Assembly (NCBI GenBank): GCA_013265495.1
Contig: MU063496.1
Span: 434,001-498,000, forward strand
Reading direction: 5' to 3'
DNA: 64,000 nucleotides
Origin: Vicugna vicugna
Lineage: Eukaryota
The position numbers and the translations under genes are program-made. How positions within the stretch are numbered: the stretch's first letter is position 1; every line of letters begins with the position of its first letter. Shown piece by piece: positions 35,705 through 47,400 of the stretch. Under the pieces are notes generated by a model. It ran no database searches. It was not told where the DNA came from and saw only the letters and a list, made by a program, of their open reading frames with translations.

Positions 35705-35808
35705 TTGTGTATTGGTAACTCAGGTGATTGTCACTAAGATCACTAACTTATGTAACTTGTGTATTGGTAACTCAGGTGATTGTTACTAAGATCACTAACT
35801 TGTGTGAC
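35705..35808 (+). repeat. 52-bp tandem duplication in the predicted U3 of the LTR
   Basis: TTGTGTATTGGTAACTCAGGTGATTGT(C/T)ACTAAGATCACTAACTT(A/G)TGT(A/G)AC twice, 3 mismatches. Confidence 0.95.
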
Positions 35809-36944
35809 CTGTATCTCTCTTTCCAGAAGCCCCTGTTCTTAATAACTCAATGGCATCAAGATGTTTTTCCGACTCCAAATGCACCTGCTGTTTTTCTAAC
35901 AAAGGGGTGGCGGGACAGAGATTGTCTTTGCTCAATCAGCCTTAGAGCCTGACGCCCCGCACTCTGGGAGTTTAGGCCCAGTTTCTGTGCTCGGCAGCCC
36001 TCAGGTCACGAGTGGCCCCCCGCACAGGTGTGTATGGCCTGTCTTCCCTGAGGTTCCAGTAGCAATAGGCCCTCACTCACCCCAAGGCTCTGGGACCACG
36101 GACACCTGTAACTTCACAAGCAGAAATTACTCAGTGCCACGGGGCTTTTTGCTGGTAAGAAAATGGTGGCCTGCACAAAACCACTGGCTAATTCAGAGCA
36201 GAGCCAGAATCACCTCCCCAGGCTTGGGAGCCAGAGCACACAGGTGCCCCCCATTCAGGATCACTTGTACTATGGTGGATTCCCACGCCCCCGACCCGCT
36301 CCCCCGTGAGGATGTGTCCCTTTTATTTGATTTAAACACGGTGCGTTCTTGTGCCAGGGAGGGAGGAGGAGTCAGTGCAGGACGGGAGGGTCAGAATAGA
36401 GAAGGGATCATGTCTCAGGATGGGGGGGGGGCTATGTTAGAAGGGAGAAGGGGAGACCCAGCCTCTGGTCTCTGGCAGGTCCTTGACCTTCCCACACCTG
36501 GATTCTCTGGCTCAGGCCCCCAGCCCAAAGCCTGCCCCTTCCTCTCCATTCCCAGCCCTACCCTGAGCCCCAGGCTTGCCCCCAGAATCCCCCCACCTCT
36601 GCTGAATCTTCAGGCCCTTCCTCCTCTCCAGTCTGAATGTCTCCTCCCTTCTCTTGCCTCCTCTTTCTGCCCAGGGGCTAGGGCTGAATAAGAGGCAAAC
36701 TATAGGGATTGGTGTCCAGGTCAAAGCTTAAAGTGCCTACCTGCCTCCCTCCAGCCCCTGCCTCCATCTATACAGACCCTTAGGCATCAGGTGTCACCTT
36801 CTGCTCTTCTAGATGAGGTCAAGAGGCGGCCCCTCCACTCCTCCTGGTCTCCCTCTCCGCCCTGTCCCTGGGGGCTCAGAGGACAGAGGAACTCAGAACC
36901 CAGACAGTGGGCTGGGGACGAGGTCGCACGGTCGCTTCCCCCAG

Positions 36945-36963
36945 GAGCCGCTAGGTGGCGCCT
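36945..36963 (+). promoter_or_regulatory. strong CTCF core motif in a CpG-rich patch
   Basis: GAGCCGCTAGGTGGCGCCT matches CC(A/G)C(C/T)AG(A/G)(G/T)GGC(A/G)C at every core position; about 20 CpGs in 36901-37140. Confidence 0.65.
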
Positions 36964-37929
36964 CGTTAACGAGGATTGGAATGGACCGGACAAACGGCGC
37001 AGCGAGGACTGGAGAGCCCTGCATCCCGCCGACCCCTCCCACGCGGCTGCAACCACCAGGGTCCTCATGCCTCTGGAGCCCTATGCTCCCGACCCCGCCC
37101 TAAGCTCTCCTCAAGGTTCCAGGCTCGCCCTGGGGCGCAGGGCACTCAACTTGGGGGCCCTCTCCACCACCTCTGCACTTGGCTCCAGGGCAGCTCCTGC
37201 GGTCCCATCAGCCTGGCCAGCTGCCCGAGCACCACGCCTTCTCCCCAGGAGGTGACCCTGCTTCTGGGGCACAGTGCAGAGGTGGAGAAATAGGCAACTT
37301 GGTGAAGGAGAGGAGCCAGAGAGTCTGGGCTGGAGCCTGCCGCCCAGGAGGGTCCTTTCCTCTGTGTTTCTTTATAAAATGGGATTGATCACAGCCCACA
37401 GAGTACATGAAGTCAGCCTGGACGACTCCTGGCATGAGGCATGGCACTCAGTAAGCAACCGTGCCTCAGTTTCCCCTTTACATCTTTACCAGGGATGGTA
37501 CCTTACCTCTCTGCCTTTGCCCTTCTGGTCTTCGCCTCACTGTAGTGCAGGCTGCAGCTCAGAAGCATCTCTTGAACAGCCACCTGCATCTCACGCCCAC
37601 CGCCTGAACAGGAAGACTGTGCTCCCCTCCTTGGCAGGACTGGCCCAATACCTGCCCCAGCTTAGTGTCAGATACAGGCGCCCTTAGGTGCCCTCATTCA
37701 CCAGACTCCTCCCGGCCTCTGAGTCCTGTCCTGAGGGTCTACCCACCCCGCTGCCAGGTCGTAGGCCCCTGGGACAGATAGAAACCATCCGCTCAGTGTG
37801 GCCTGGCACAGGGAGGGGGACGCAGTAAACGCCCAATAAATGAATGTTAATTAGATTCATGTGAGGAGGAGGCCGGGCACTCACAACACACATTGACCCC
37901 ACTCTGCACCTGGCACCATGCCGGGGGCT

Positions 37930-38050
37930 TCTTTAATATATTCTCCCAACAACTCTGAGTGGTTTTCCCACGAGGAAGCAGAGGCTCAGAGAGCCAAGGT
38001 CACACAAGGGGTCAATGACATGGAGCTGACTTGCTCCAGGGTGCCCCAGA
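37930..38050 (-). mobile_element. MIR SINE fragment
   Basis: TTCCCACGAGGAAGCAGAGGCTCAGAGAGCCAAGGTCACACAAG. Confidence 0.65.
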
Positions 38051-38457
38051 CCCTCTCTACCATGAGACCCTCTTCCCAGCCTGAGACTAAACTTGGAGGT
38101 GTGCTGACCAAGCCACTCTCAGACTTTCCCTTGCTGAGGTCCACCTCTGAGCCTCTGAGGCTCCTGCAGTCCTCACAGTCACCCCCTAGCCTTCGCAGGG
38201 GCTGAGCATCCTGCCAGGAAAGATGTCTTTCCAGCCTCATCCCTTGGGAGCCACCCCAGCATCACCTCCTGTAGGAAGCCTTCTGGGGTCCCCAGCCTCA
38301 CAGGCTCCCTTGGTCCCTGGCTCAGACACATTGTGGACTCAGGCAGCTGTTAGGGACCTGCCGAGACTGCATCACCACCATGATGTGTTCCGTGGGCGAG
38401 CCTACACCACATCCCAAACCCAGTTTACAAAAAAAGGCTTTGGAAGGCATTCAGGGT

Positions 38458-38800
38458 ATATGATGGACTGAAGGTTTGTGTTCCCCTCCCCTCCAAATTC
38501 ATATGCGGAAGCCCTAACCCCCAATGCCATGGTATCAGAAGGTGGGGCTTTTGAGACATGATTAGGTTTAGATGAGGTCACGAGGGTGTGGCCCCCATAC
38601 TGGGATTCGTGTTCTTATTGGCAGAGGAAGAGAGACTAGAGCTGTCTTCCACTACTGTGCAAAGACAGCAAGAAGGTGGCCGTCTGCACACCGGAAAGAG
38701 GGCCCTCACCGAGAACCAAGTCTGAGAGCACCTTGATCTTGGACTTCCCAGCCTCCAGAACTGTGAAAAAGAAAAAGTCTGTTGTCTAAGCCCCCAGAGT
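38458..38800 (+). mobile_element. MaLR LTR, MLT1A-like
   Basis: ATGGACTGAAGGTTTGTGTTCCC...AAATTCATATGCGGAAGCCCTAACCCCCAATG...CACCTTGATCTTGGACTTCCCAGCCTCCAGAACTGTGA. Confidence 0.9.
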
Positions 38801-38884
38801 AGATGATAAAACTGGGGTTCAGAGGGGCCAACTGACCAACACAGTCACACAGCAAACCAGAGCTAAGACTAAGACACAAGGTCA

Positions 38885-38935
38885 AAAAAGAAAAAAAAGA
38901 AAAGAAAGAAAAGAAAAAGAGAAAAAAAGAAGACC
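38885..38935 (+). repeat. A-rich polypurine low-complexity tract
   Basis: AAAAAAGAAAAAAAAGAAAAGAAAGAAAAGAAAAAGAGAAAAAAAGAAG. Confidence 0.85.
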
Positions 38936-39509
38936 AAAAGGGATGAATTTAAACACACACGCTCACCAAGGGGCGGGGCACAGTGAAGCTGTGGAATGCA
39001 GCTGGGAGAGGGGGCGCCTCTGTGCTGGGGATGCCCTGCACCAGGCCCCAGGCCTCTGTTACCCCAGCACACGTCATCACCTAGCTTGTGTCCCCAAGAA
39101 AGTTCTGCCTTCCAGTCATCAGGACTGCCATCCCTGACCACCTGGGGGTACGTGGAGCTGGTTCCGGGAGGTCCCCACTAACCCACTAACCTCATCCTCT
39201 CAGTGTCTCGGGCTAAGGGTTGCTGGATGTTCTGGAAGTTGCCCCCCAAGATGCCATCATGGAGCCAGCCCTCGGCTGGGGTTTGGAAGCCTAGGTTCTG
39301 GCCCTGCGCTGCCCCTGCCCCTGGGCCCTTCTTTGAGTTTCACCAGTTCAACAACAGGCTGGGGGTGGGGGCTGGGGGTGTTTCTGAGTAATGATGCCGG
39401 AGGCATCTCACCCAGCGCTGGATCGTGTGCATCTGAGGAAAGCAGCAAACATCACTGTTTCTTCCTCTCTTTCTTTCCTTCTTTCTCTGTCTCTGCCTCT
39501 CTTTCTTTT

Positions 39510-39760
39510 AGAGCCGATTGTTAATCATTTATCTCCAGGGGCTGGGACAGCGGCAGAGTCCTTCACGACAGGCCAGGCCGACCCGAGAAGCCAGCCGGCA
39601 CCTCCCAGCCTGGCCTGGCCTGGCCCCTCTGGTGCCCCTGGGCCCTTGGGGCCGCACAGAGCACGGCCGCAACATCCGTTCTTCCACTCGCCGAACCCCT
39701 TCTGCCCTTGCGCGAGCACGGTCCCCGGGCTGGCCTCCCCGCCCGACGTGCCATGTGCCT
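39510..39760. promoter_or_regulatory. small CpG-rich patch preceded by an HNF1-like site
   Basis: About 18 CpGs in 39541-39760; GTTAATCATTTAT at 39520-39532 has 1 mismatch to GTTAATNATTAAY; not repeat-derived as far as I can tell. Confidence 0.35.
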
Positions 39761-40048
39761 TGAGCTTGTCTGGTCCCAGACTGGCCCTGGAGGAGACAGT
39801 ACTTTAACAGAGTCACCTCTGGGCCTCACGGGGACCAGCCACAACAAGGGGGGGCTGGTGTCTGAGGTTCAGTGCAGGGGGGAGCACAGCCATGAACCCA
39901 AGCCACGGAGTATCCTCTCACCCCGCCCCGAGCGCCTGCAGAGCTGACCGGTCAGTGAGGGTGGAAGACAGGGCTCCCGTGAATTCAGGCAGCACCAGCA
40001 TGGACTTGGCCTGATGTGGATGTGGGCTCGGCTCAAGCTGGCCTCCAA

Positions 40049-40070
40049 ACACACACACACACACACACAC
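40049..40070. repeat. (AC)11 microsatellite
   Basis: Perfect dinucleotide run. Confidence 0.95.
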
Positions 40071-41859
40071 GAGGCTTTGCTAAGGTATAAGCTGGGTCGC
40101 CACAGAGATGCTTAACCTGCTGGAAAAGTGACCCCTTGCAAGCACTTGTAAGGAGTGCGTTTAAGCACGCCCCAGACTGATAGCCCGGTTACAACCGCCC
40201 TTTGTTCCTAGAGGCTGACAGCCTCCTTTCCTCCACCCAGAAGTCAGAGTTGCTGTCTCCGCTGAGTGTTAATAAAACTCCCTTTTAAGAATTATCCAGC
40301 CGTCCACTCAGCCAGCTTTGCTCTTTTCCATTTAGCAGCATTCATTAAATGCCAGCTGTGGCCAAGCCCTGACGAGCCCACATGCTTGGATACTCTCTGT
40401 GTCGTGTTGGCCTCGCCAAGCCCGTTGTGGGATCTGACGGCATCGGACCCCAGGCATCCCCTGTCACACGGGCGCTGTGGCTGACTTCCCGCCCCAGGCT
40501 AACTCGCCCCACTGGTGGCTGCGTGATCAATGTCTGCTCGATGCATGTTGACTGGTCCTGCTCTCACCTCAAGCCAGTGGCTGGCAGGGAGGCCTGAGGG
40601 ATAGAAAGCCAGTAACTGCCTCCTCTGGACGAGATCAGTGGCTTTTCATTCTGTTTCAGAAATTGAACTCGCTTGACACGGGAAATCACAGGCAGAATCC
40701 CGGGGTATAAAATGGATAAGAACAGAACAGCTCCAGCTGAAGCGCGTGCCCCCAGATGCCCCTCTTCCTGGACCTCCTCGGAATCCTCCAGCTTCAATGT
40801 GTTTGGTGTCCACTGCAGCCTGATCCTTCCCTTCATCTGGAAACCCAGGTTTATAGGTCATTCCAATCTGGGGATGTTAAAAAAAAAAAAACAGGAAACA
40901 AAAGCTGGAGGTTACAACCCCCCAGACTAGGGTGCCTCATCTTCCCGGGCTCCACTTTGCCCCTGTTCACTCTGTGGATACTCCTGGAAGCCTCCAGACA
41001 GAAGACTTTTCTTATTTCCCACCTGCTGGCAGCCTCTCCCCTCTATTGCTCCCGGTCAGCGTGGCAAGGATGTTTCTGGTACAGCCTCTGCCAAATCAAT
41101 GGCTGGGATGCTGAGGTCTGCACCCTACTGCCCCTGCCGGCACCTGGGACAGACTGGGCCTGGAGCCATCTCTCATGATTGCTCAAGTGGCAGTCCGTCT
41201 CAGTGTCACCTACATGCCCAGCCCTGCGCAGGGCACCAGGGACACGTGAGACAAGCTGCTGCCTCCGTGGTGTGTGAAGCAGGTGCTGGGGAGGACGCAG
41301 CGGTCCAGCCGGGAGCCACAGAAGCACTGCTGAGGGCAGGATGCCGGGGTTGGGGGGGGGTGTGCTTTGAGATACATGGGAGGGGCCGGCCTCAATCTGG
41401 GGGTTCAAGGAGCCCTCTGGACTCTGCTGGCCTGTGAACTGTCCGTGGCTCCCGGAGGCGCCACTGCCCTCATTCTCCAGAAGGGTGCCTTGTGGGGCCG
41501 AGAGGTGGAGAAAGAGTGGCGCATTACTGTGCACTTTTTCTTAAGTCTGTGATAAGCTCCTTCTATTAGACGATAGATCTCGTCACATAAAATAGATTTG
41601 TGGACTCACAGCCGGGGAGAGCCACGTTCCTGAGAGTCGGAAATGGCTCATTTCCCCCTCCTTCTTCCTTGAGTAACTGATGGTCATGAATTTTTCACCC
41701 AAATGTCGCCACTAAAGATGTCACCAGCCTCCCCTGGAGGTTTTATGATCTGGCTCTAATGGGGTGGGGGTGGGGGGCACAGAGTGAAAGGGAAGTCTGT
41801 GTCCCGGAGCCGGAAGGGATGAGGAGGGGGTGGCAGAGAGGACGGGGACTGGCATTTCA

Positions 41860-42010
41860 GCTCTGTTTATTGAGCAGTTACTGTGGGGCTGACCAGAGCC
41901 AAGGACTTCCCGCCCACTATCTCATCCACCAACAATGTGGCGAGGAAGTTGGATTCAGAGAGACTGAGTAAGTTGCCCAAGGTCACAAAGCTTATTAAAG
42001 CGACAAAACC
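41860..42010 (-). mobile_element. MIR SINE
   Basis: TTTATTGAGCAGTTACTGTG...GATTCAGAGAGACTGAGTAAGTTGCCCAAGGTCACAAAGCT. Confidence 0.7.
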
Positions 42011-43819
42011 ACAGGCATCGGAGAAGTATGAGGTTCCTGGTTCCTGCCTCTGCTCCCCACACTGCAAGGCAGGAAAGGAGAGGGCCCTGTGTACCTGGAG
42101 GTGGGGCGTAACGAAGGGTGGGGTAAAGGAAATAAGTCTTAAAAGCAAACACCAGAGCCTTTCGGGCTGGAGAGGGGAGGGGAGAGGACAGACCAGTGTC
42201 AGATGCCAAGCTTCCTGGTCAGGGAAACCTCTGCCAGTGACGGGGAGCTCACTACCTCATAAGCCCAGTTCATCTTACAGCTCTGACTACAGATGGAAGG
42301 GACTCAGCCTTTCTGCAACGCTGGCCTCTTCACTGAGCCATTCTTCTGTGGGCTCTTAAGACAGGGGTCATCCGGCAATGTAACCCCACCAAATATCAGA
42401 GCCAGATTCATGGCTCCCAGAGTATCCTCAGGTCCACTGTCCCCTCAAAACACAATGCTGTGAGGCAGGAAGCCCAGGCCAGGTTGCTGTCCCATTTTTA
42501 AGATGAGGACATTGGGGCCTCGTGTGGAGATGGAGGAGGGGCTGGACGAGCAGGGCTCTGTCCCCGGCACTGGGTAGCCACGTCCAGTTCTGCCACCACT
42601 TTCCTTCCCAGCTTCACGCCACCTGCTCAGAACCAGCACTGGCTGGTCTCTGGCCCTGCTGTGGGTCCAGTCCTGCCCACGCTGAGCCATCTGGACACGC
42701 TCTCCCAGGCCCCAGGGCACTAGCTGGGAAATCAGGGTTCCCCAAGGAGGCCCCTGCAGGGAGGGGTGCTGCCAAAACCTCCCCAAGTTCTGCCCAGCCT
42801 GAGGAGCAGGAGGCCCTGGTTCTAGTCCCCTTCTGTCCCTTCCCAACACAGCTTGGCTCTCTCCTCTGAAAGATGAAGGGGCTTCTCCAGTGAGGTGAGA
42901 CCCCTCCCTGCATTTTCTGTATCTCAGTAGCAGCCAATCCATCACCCTTTGTGACTTGGGTCCTGAAGTTGCTGGGACCTGTGGTTGAGGGTGGGGATGG
43001 GGATGTGGCAGCTGGGCCCAGGGAACCCTGGGTGGGCCTGGTGTGTCACAGAGGGATGTCCAAGAAGGAACAGAGACAGCCCATCAGCTCTCCAGGACAC
43101 GTGGATGTCTGGGCCCTCAGCCGCTCTGCAAAGTCCTCTCCCGCAGGGTGAGGAGGCCCAGCCAGGGGTCTCCATGGAGACCGTGGGAGGGGGCAGCAAG
43201 GCAGATGGGTGGGGGCCATGGGGAAGAGGAGACACATCTAGCACCAAGCCCTGAGGGGAAACGAGAAAATGTCCATGGATTGATAGACACTTTACAAGAA
43301 TCAAACACTTTGCTCGTGGCACTCCGGGCTGCAGCCAGATTATTGCCCTATAAATGAGTAAGAAGCACGTTGACTGATTCACGACCAGGAGGAATCCGGC
43401 CCGAGACAAGTAAACAGGCGATTACAATGCAGCCCAGTAACTCTAATAGGTGCTGCGAGGGAGGAAGAAGCTCAGAGTGCTGGCTGAGCAGGTTGCTCTG
43501 CCCAGGGGCAAGGAGACGGCCAGGAAGGCTTCCTGGAAGAGAAGACAACTCAGCTAATAACCATTAAGGCACTTGGGCTACAATTCTCCTGATGGCAGAG
43601 AATGATTCCCACCCTGATGTGGGTCAGCTGTGTGGAGGAGAGAGGGGCTAGGGCCAGGGAGGGGTGGTGCGGGGAGGAAACGGGGTTGGGGGGCAAACTC
43701 ATAATCACTTCAGACCTTAGAGTTTCATCTTGAAAAATCATTTTCAAATGATTCATCACACTCAGGAGTAGACAGATCCATGGGACAGAAAGGAAAAGCC
43801 CAGACACTTGCCGAAACAT

Positions 43820-45100
43820 ACTAGAATTTAGTGTGTAATACAGGTGGCCTCTTACATCAGGGAGGTAAAGATGAGAGTTTTAATAAATGGTGTTAACACA
43901 ACCGGGAAACCACCTGGAGACCAATAAAACTGGATCTATTGTTCACCAGAACACCAGTTCTAACTCCAAATGGATCCAAGATTTTGAGGTAGAAATTAAA
44001 ATCATTCAGAGAATCAGAGGAAAACAGGAGTGAATCCCTTTATAACTGTGGCATGGGGGAAAACTAATGACTCAAAGTCCAAAAGCCAGAAAAGATGATG
44101 AATTAAATTAACAATAATGACAACAACAAACTACATGATAAAGATCATAAGCAAAGTCAAAGACAAACTGGGAGAAAATATTTGCAACTCACATCATAGC
44201 CTAGGGGCTAAACTCCCTAATATGTAAAGAGTTCCTGGAAACCAATAAGAGAAAAAAAACCCCAGCAATCAAAGAGACAAGTGGGCAAAAGATTTGACCA
44301 GAGCATTCAAAGGAAAAGAAATATAAACATATGAAAAGACACTCCATCTCATGCACATTGAAGAGAAATACGGAGAAAGTCACACCAGGATCCTACCTCT
44401 TACCTATCAGATAGGCAAAAATCCAAAAGCATGAAACACAGCCATAGCTGGTAGAGCTGTCGTGTTGGGAAACAAACACTGTCATACGTGGCTGGTAGGA
44501 ATGCAGACTAGTACAACCCCAGTGAAAGATGGTTTAGTCATTTCTTGTCAGAGTGACAGATGCTTTTACCTGTGACCCAACAATCCCAGTTCTGGGAATT
44601 TACTCGACAGACGCACCTTGAGCATGAGAGGAAAGAGGCCTGTTGGTCACAAGCCCACTGGTCACAGCTGCGTGTACCAGCACAAAGCTGGCAATAACCC
44701 CAGGGTCTATCTAAAAGGAATGGTGAAACACACGATGGTACATCCACACAATGAAATACATGCAGCTGTTGGGGGAGGGGGAGGGGGGAAGGGAGGAGGA
44801 AGAGGAGGGGGAGGCAGCGCTATATGTTCTGATATGCAAAAGTCTCCTGTACCTACTATTAGGGAAAAACACAAGGAGTAGAACAGCATCTGTGTATGTG
44901 AATACATACTGACGTAAGCGTTTACGTAAAGAAGTACTGAAGGATACCCAAGAAAGTAAGTGTTTCTCTAGGGAGCAGGCGGATGGGCTGGCAAGGGGAT
45001 GTTTGAAGGATGCCTTTTTATAGAAGTTTGAATTTCAAATCATGTGGCTGTATTGCACATTCATACCTTGATAATGATATCAAAATAATTTGCCAGGTAA
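43820..45100 (+). mobile_element. old LINE-1 (L1MC/L1ME-like) ORF2 3' region and 3' UTR
   Basis: AATAAATGGTGTT, AACTCCAAATGGATC, ACAAACTGGGAGAAAATATTTGCAAC, GTGGGCAAAAGATTTGA and GACCCAACAATCCCAGTTCTGGGAATTTA occur in L1 order. Confidence 0.8.
44771..44814 (+). repeat. 44-bp polypurine tract with G-quadruplex consensus
   Basis: G5-A-G5-A-G6-AA-G3 followed by GGA repeats, inside the L1 3' UTR. Confidence 0.8.
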
Positions 45101-46619
45101 GTACACATCAATGTTCACAGGTATTTATCTGGGGGTTTGTTCCTCCCTAAATACCAAGACCTAGGCCCATAGGAACCTGTCCTCCAATTTGGGAAAAGGG
45201 CTGTAGGCAGTGCGGAGCCACTGAGGGTTCAGAGCACGGCAGGCACATGAGGGCAAGAAAGCCCACAGCCCCGCAAACAGGTGTCAGGCCAATGGACCAC
45301 CCACAGGGCAAGGGGACCTGTGGCCAGAGCCTTGGGGACAGCTCTGGTTCAGGGAGGGACGTCCCCCGGCCCAAGCCCCCACACCCCTCAATCTCAATGT
45401 CCACATTTCCCGGGAGCAGCTTAGCACGCAGCTGCTGGCTTTGCAGACTGCTTTCTGCTAAAGCGGATTCCCTGATTTGGGGAGAGAGAAGCCTTATCAG
45501 TGGGCTCAGGTAAGCCCAAGAGAGCCAGTTTCTGAGCCCAGCGTCCAGCGGCCGGACCAGCAGGGCCCAGACCCCCCAGCCGATATGACAGCAGGTGTCC
45601 AGGGAAGCAGCTCTGACGCTCAGTGGGGACCCAGTGGGTCCCTCTTCTTCCTCTCTTTCAAAATGAAGACTTCCTTCCAGCTGCAGACAAGGGATCCATG
45701 GAGAAGACGGGCTTCCTAGAAGGGGCTCTCCCACCCCTTCCTTCCGGAAGCCGTCCTGAGTCCGTCAGAATGCTGGGACACCTCTTCGGACCCCTCCTGC
45801 TGGGTCACAATCTTCTCCAGGGCTAGGGTCCTTGTTCCTGACAGCACATCACCCCCTGAGGCTCCCCCTTAGCCCTGTTATCTTGGTCCCCTGAACTGGA
45901 GCACCCAGCCCCTTGCTGTCCTGGCCCCAGCATGGGTGGGGCTATGCCATCCATATAAACACACCAGCGGGAGCACTTTGCAAATTTTAAAGGGCTGTGC
46001 ACCAATAATGTTTCCCTGGAGTGGAGAGGTGGGGAGAGCAGGAGGCCATCTGAATGTGGTTCCCGACCACAGGCCTGAGTTTTACTACCCGAACTAAATG
46101 CTGTGTTTGCTCGCACCCCACCCGGCGGCCTGTACACACCTGTACACGGAAGGTGGTAATTTTTCTGCATGAATCACAGGTAGGTTCACACCCAAGTTAC
46201 CGGCACTCTGCTCCTTCGGGCGGGCAGGCCAGGCAGTCGCCTTTGTCTTCCAATTATGCTGGTTTTCATTGCTCTTTTAACTCTAACAGAAACACCCAAT
46301 GAGGCAGGGCCTAGAGGGCAATTAATGACATAGGGCAAAAGACCACTCAGGGCCACCAGATTTGGGGCCCAGAGGAAGCTCTGTGTCTGGACGAGGCACT
46401 GGCCCTCTGGGTGGGTATGAGCGGGCCGTGTGGGGTGATGGCTAATGTGTGTGCATCAGCATCCTGCAGGCTCTGGTACTAACCAGCTGTGTGACCCCGG
46501 CCAAGTCACTTCACCTCTCTGAGCCTCTATTTCCTTGTCTCTAGAATGATATTGCTGAAGGATGATGGTGTGAAAGGCCTGCTACTTAGCAGACATTCCA
46601 CCAATGCCGAGCCCTCCAC

Positions 46620-47400
46620 AGGCCCCGCCCTGCGTTAGTGACATCAGTTTTACAGGCGTAGTTCTTCTCCCTCGAACGTCCCGTCACTTTCTCCAGCCCC
46701 TAGCACACTGCTGCGCACACAGTAGGTGCCCAGGGCAGCAGACAGAGCATGGACCTTGGAGTCCATTTTTCATACATTCCATAAACATTAACCAAAACCT
46801 CGATGCGCCAGGTGCTGGGGGTCTCCAGACCCAATCCCTGCCCTCAAGGAGCTTGCAGTCTGGCCAGAGAGGAGACCCAGGGCGCTAATAGGCGAGACAA
46901 GGCCGGTGGCAAGTACTACATCCAGGGAGGCCCAAGGAGCCCCTCCTCCAGAGCAGGCCCAGGACTGGCCTGAGGGTGTAGGAAGGCATCTGCAGAGTGA
47001 AGCATGCCTGACTCTGCGCCCTGGAGGCAGAGTGGGATGGAGCCTGCAAAGGAGGAGAGCAGTGTCTCAGGAAGAGCAGCTTGTGCAAAGGTCCGGAGGT
47101 GAGACATGGCTGGAGGAGGTCTGGGAAGACCTAAGTATGCATGGGAGGATGGAGAGGTATCTGGCCTGAGGAATTGCTCGAGGTAAGATCTGAAAGGTGA
47201 TCTTTCACCCAGGTGAAGGCGTTTGAGCACAGTTTAGAGAACGTGAAGAGCCCCTGGAAGGATCTAAAGCATTCCTAGGCTCTAGTGTCGAGGCTTGGGG
47301 AGTTGGGGATGTGAATTACGAGGTCAAGAGTGGAGGCAGAGACAGTCCAGAGACTGTAGCAGAGGTCCAGGCAAAAAATGGGAGGGATGGGGGGCCCAAA
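46620..47400. mobile_element. two L2 remnants tail-to-tail (+ about 46620-46740; - about 46760-47400)
   Basis: CCCCTAGCACACTGCTGCGCACACAGTAGGTGCCC is an L2 3' end on +. It is followed by antisense blocks CCCTGCCCTCAAGGAGCTTGCAGTCTGG and AGGAGAGCAGTGTCTCAGGAAGAG...CAGCTTGTGCAAAGG. Confidence 0.65.

Larger units (their letters stand above)
35329..36024 (-). mobile_element. solo LTR of a class II (betaretrovirus-like) endogenous retrovirus, 696 bp
   Basis: Perfect 6-bp TSD CAGGTG at 35323-35328 and 36025-36030. On the minus strand it begins TGCGGGGGGCCAC and ends GCTGGCTCCGACA. Minus-strand TATAAA (35504-35499) is followed 12 nt later by AATAAA (35486-35481). AT-rich island with retained CpGs. 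Confidence 0.9.

Noticed and set aside
35390-35808. Tandem repeats considered as CRISPR-like arrays
   Set aside because: Eukaryotic DNA, only two adjacent copies each, no spacers; they are LTR-internal duplications.
35987-36691. 234-aa ORF (+) starting inside the LTR
   Set aside because: Crosses the LTR boundary and TSD into unrelated flank; no gag/pol/env motifs.
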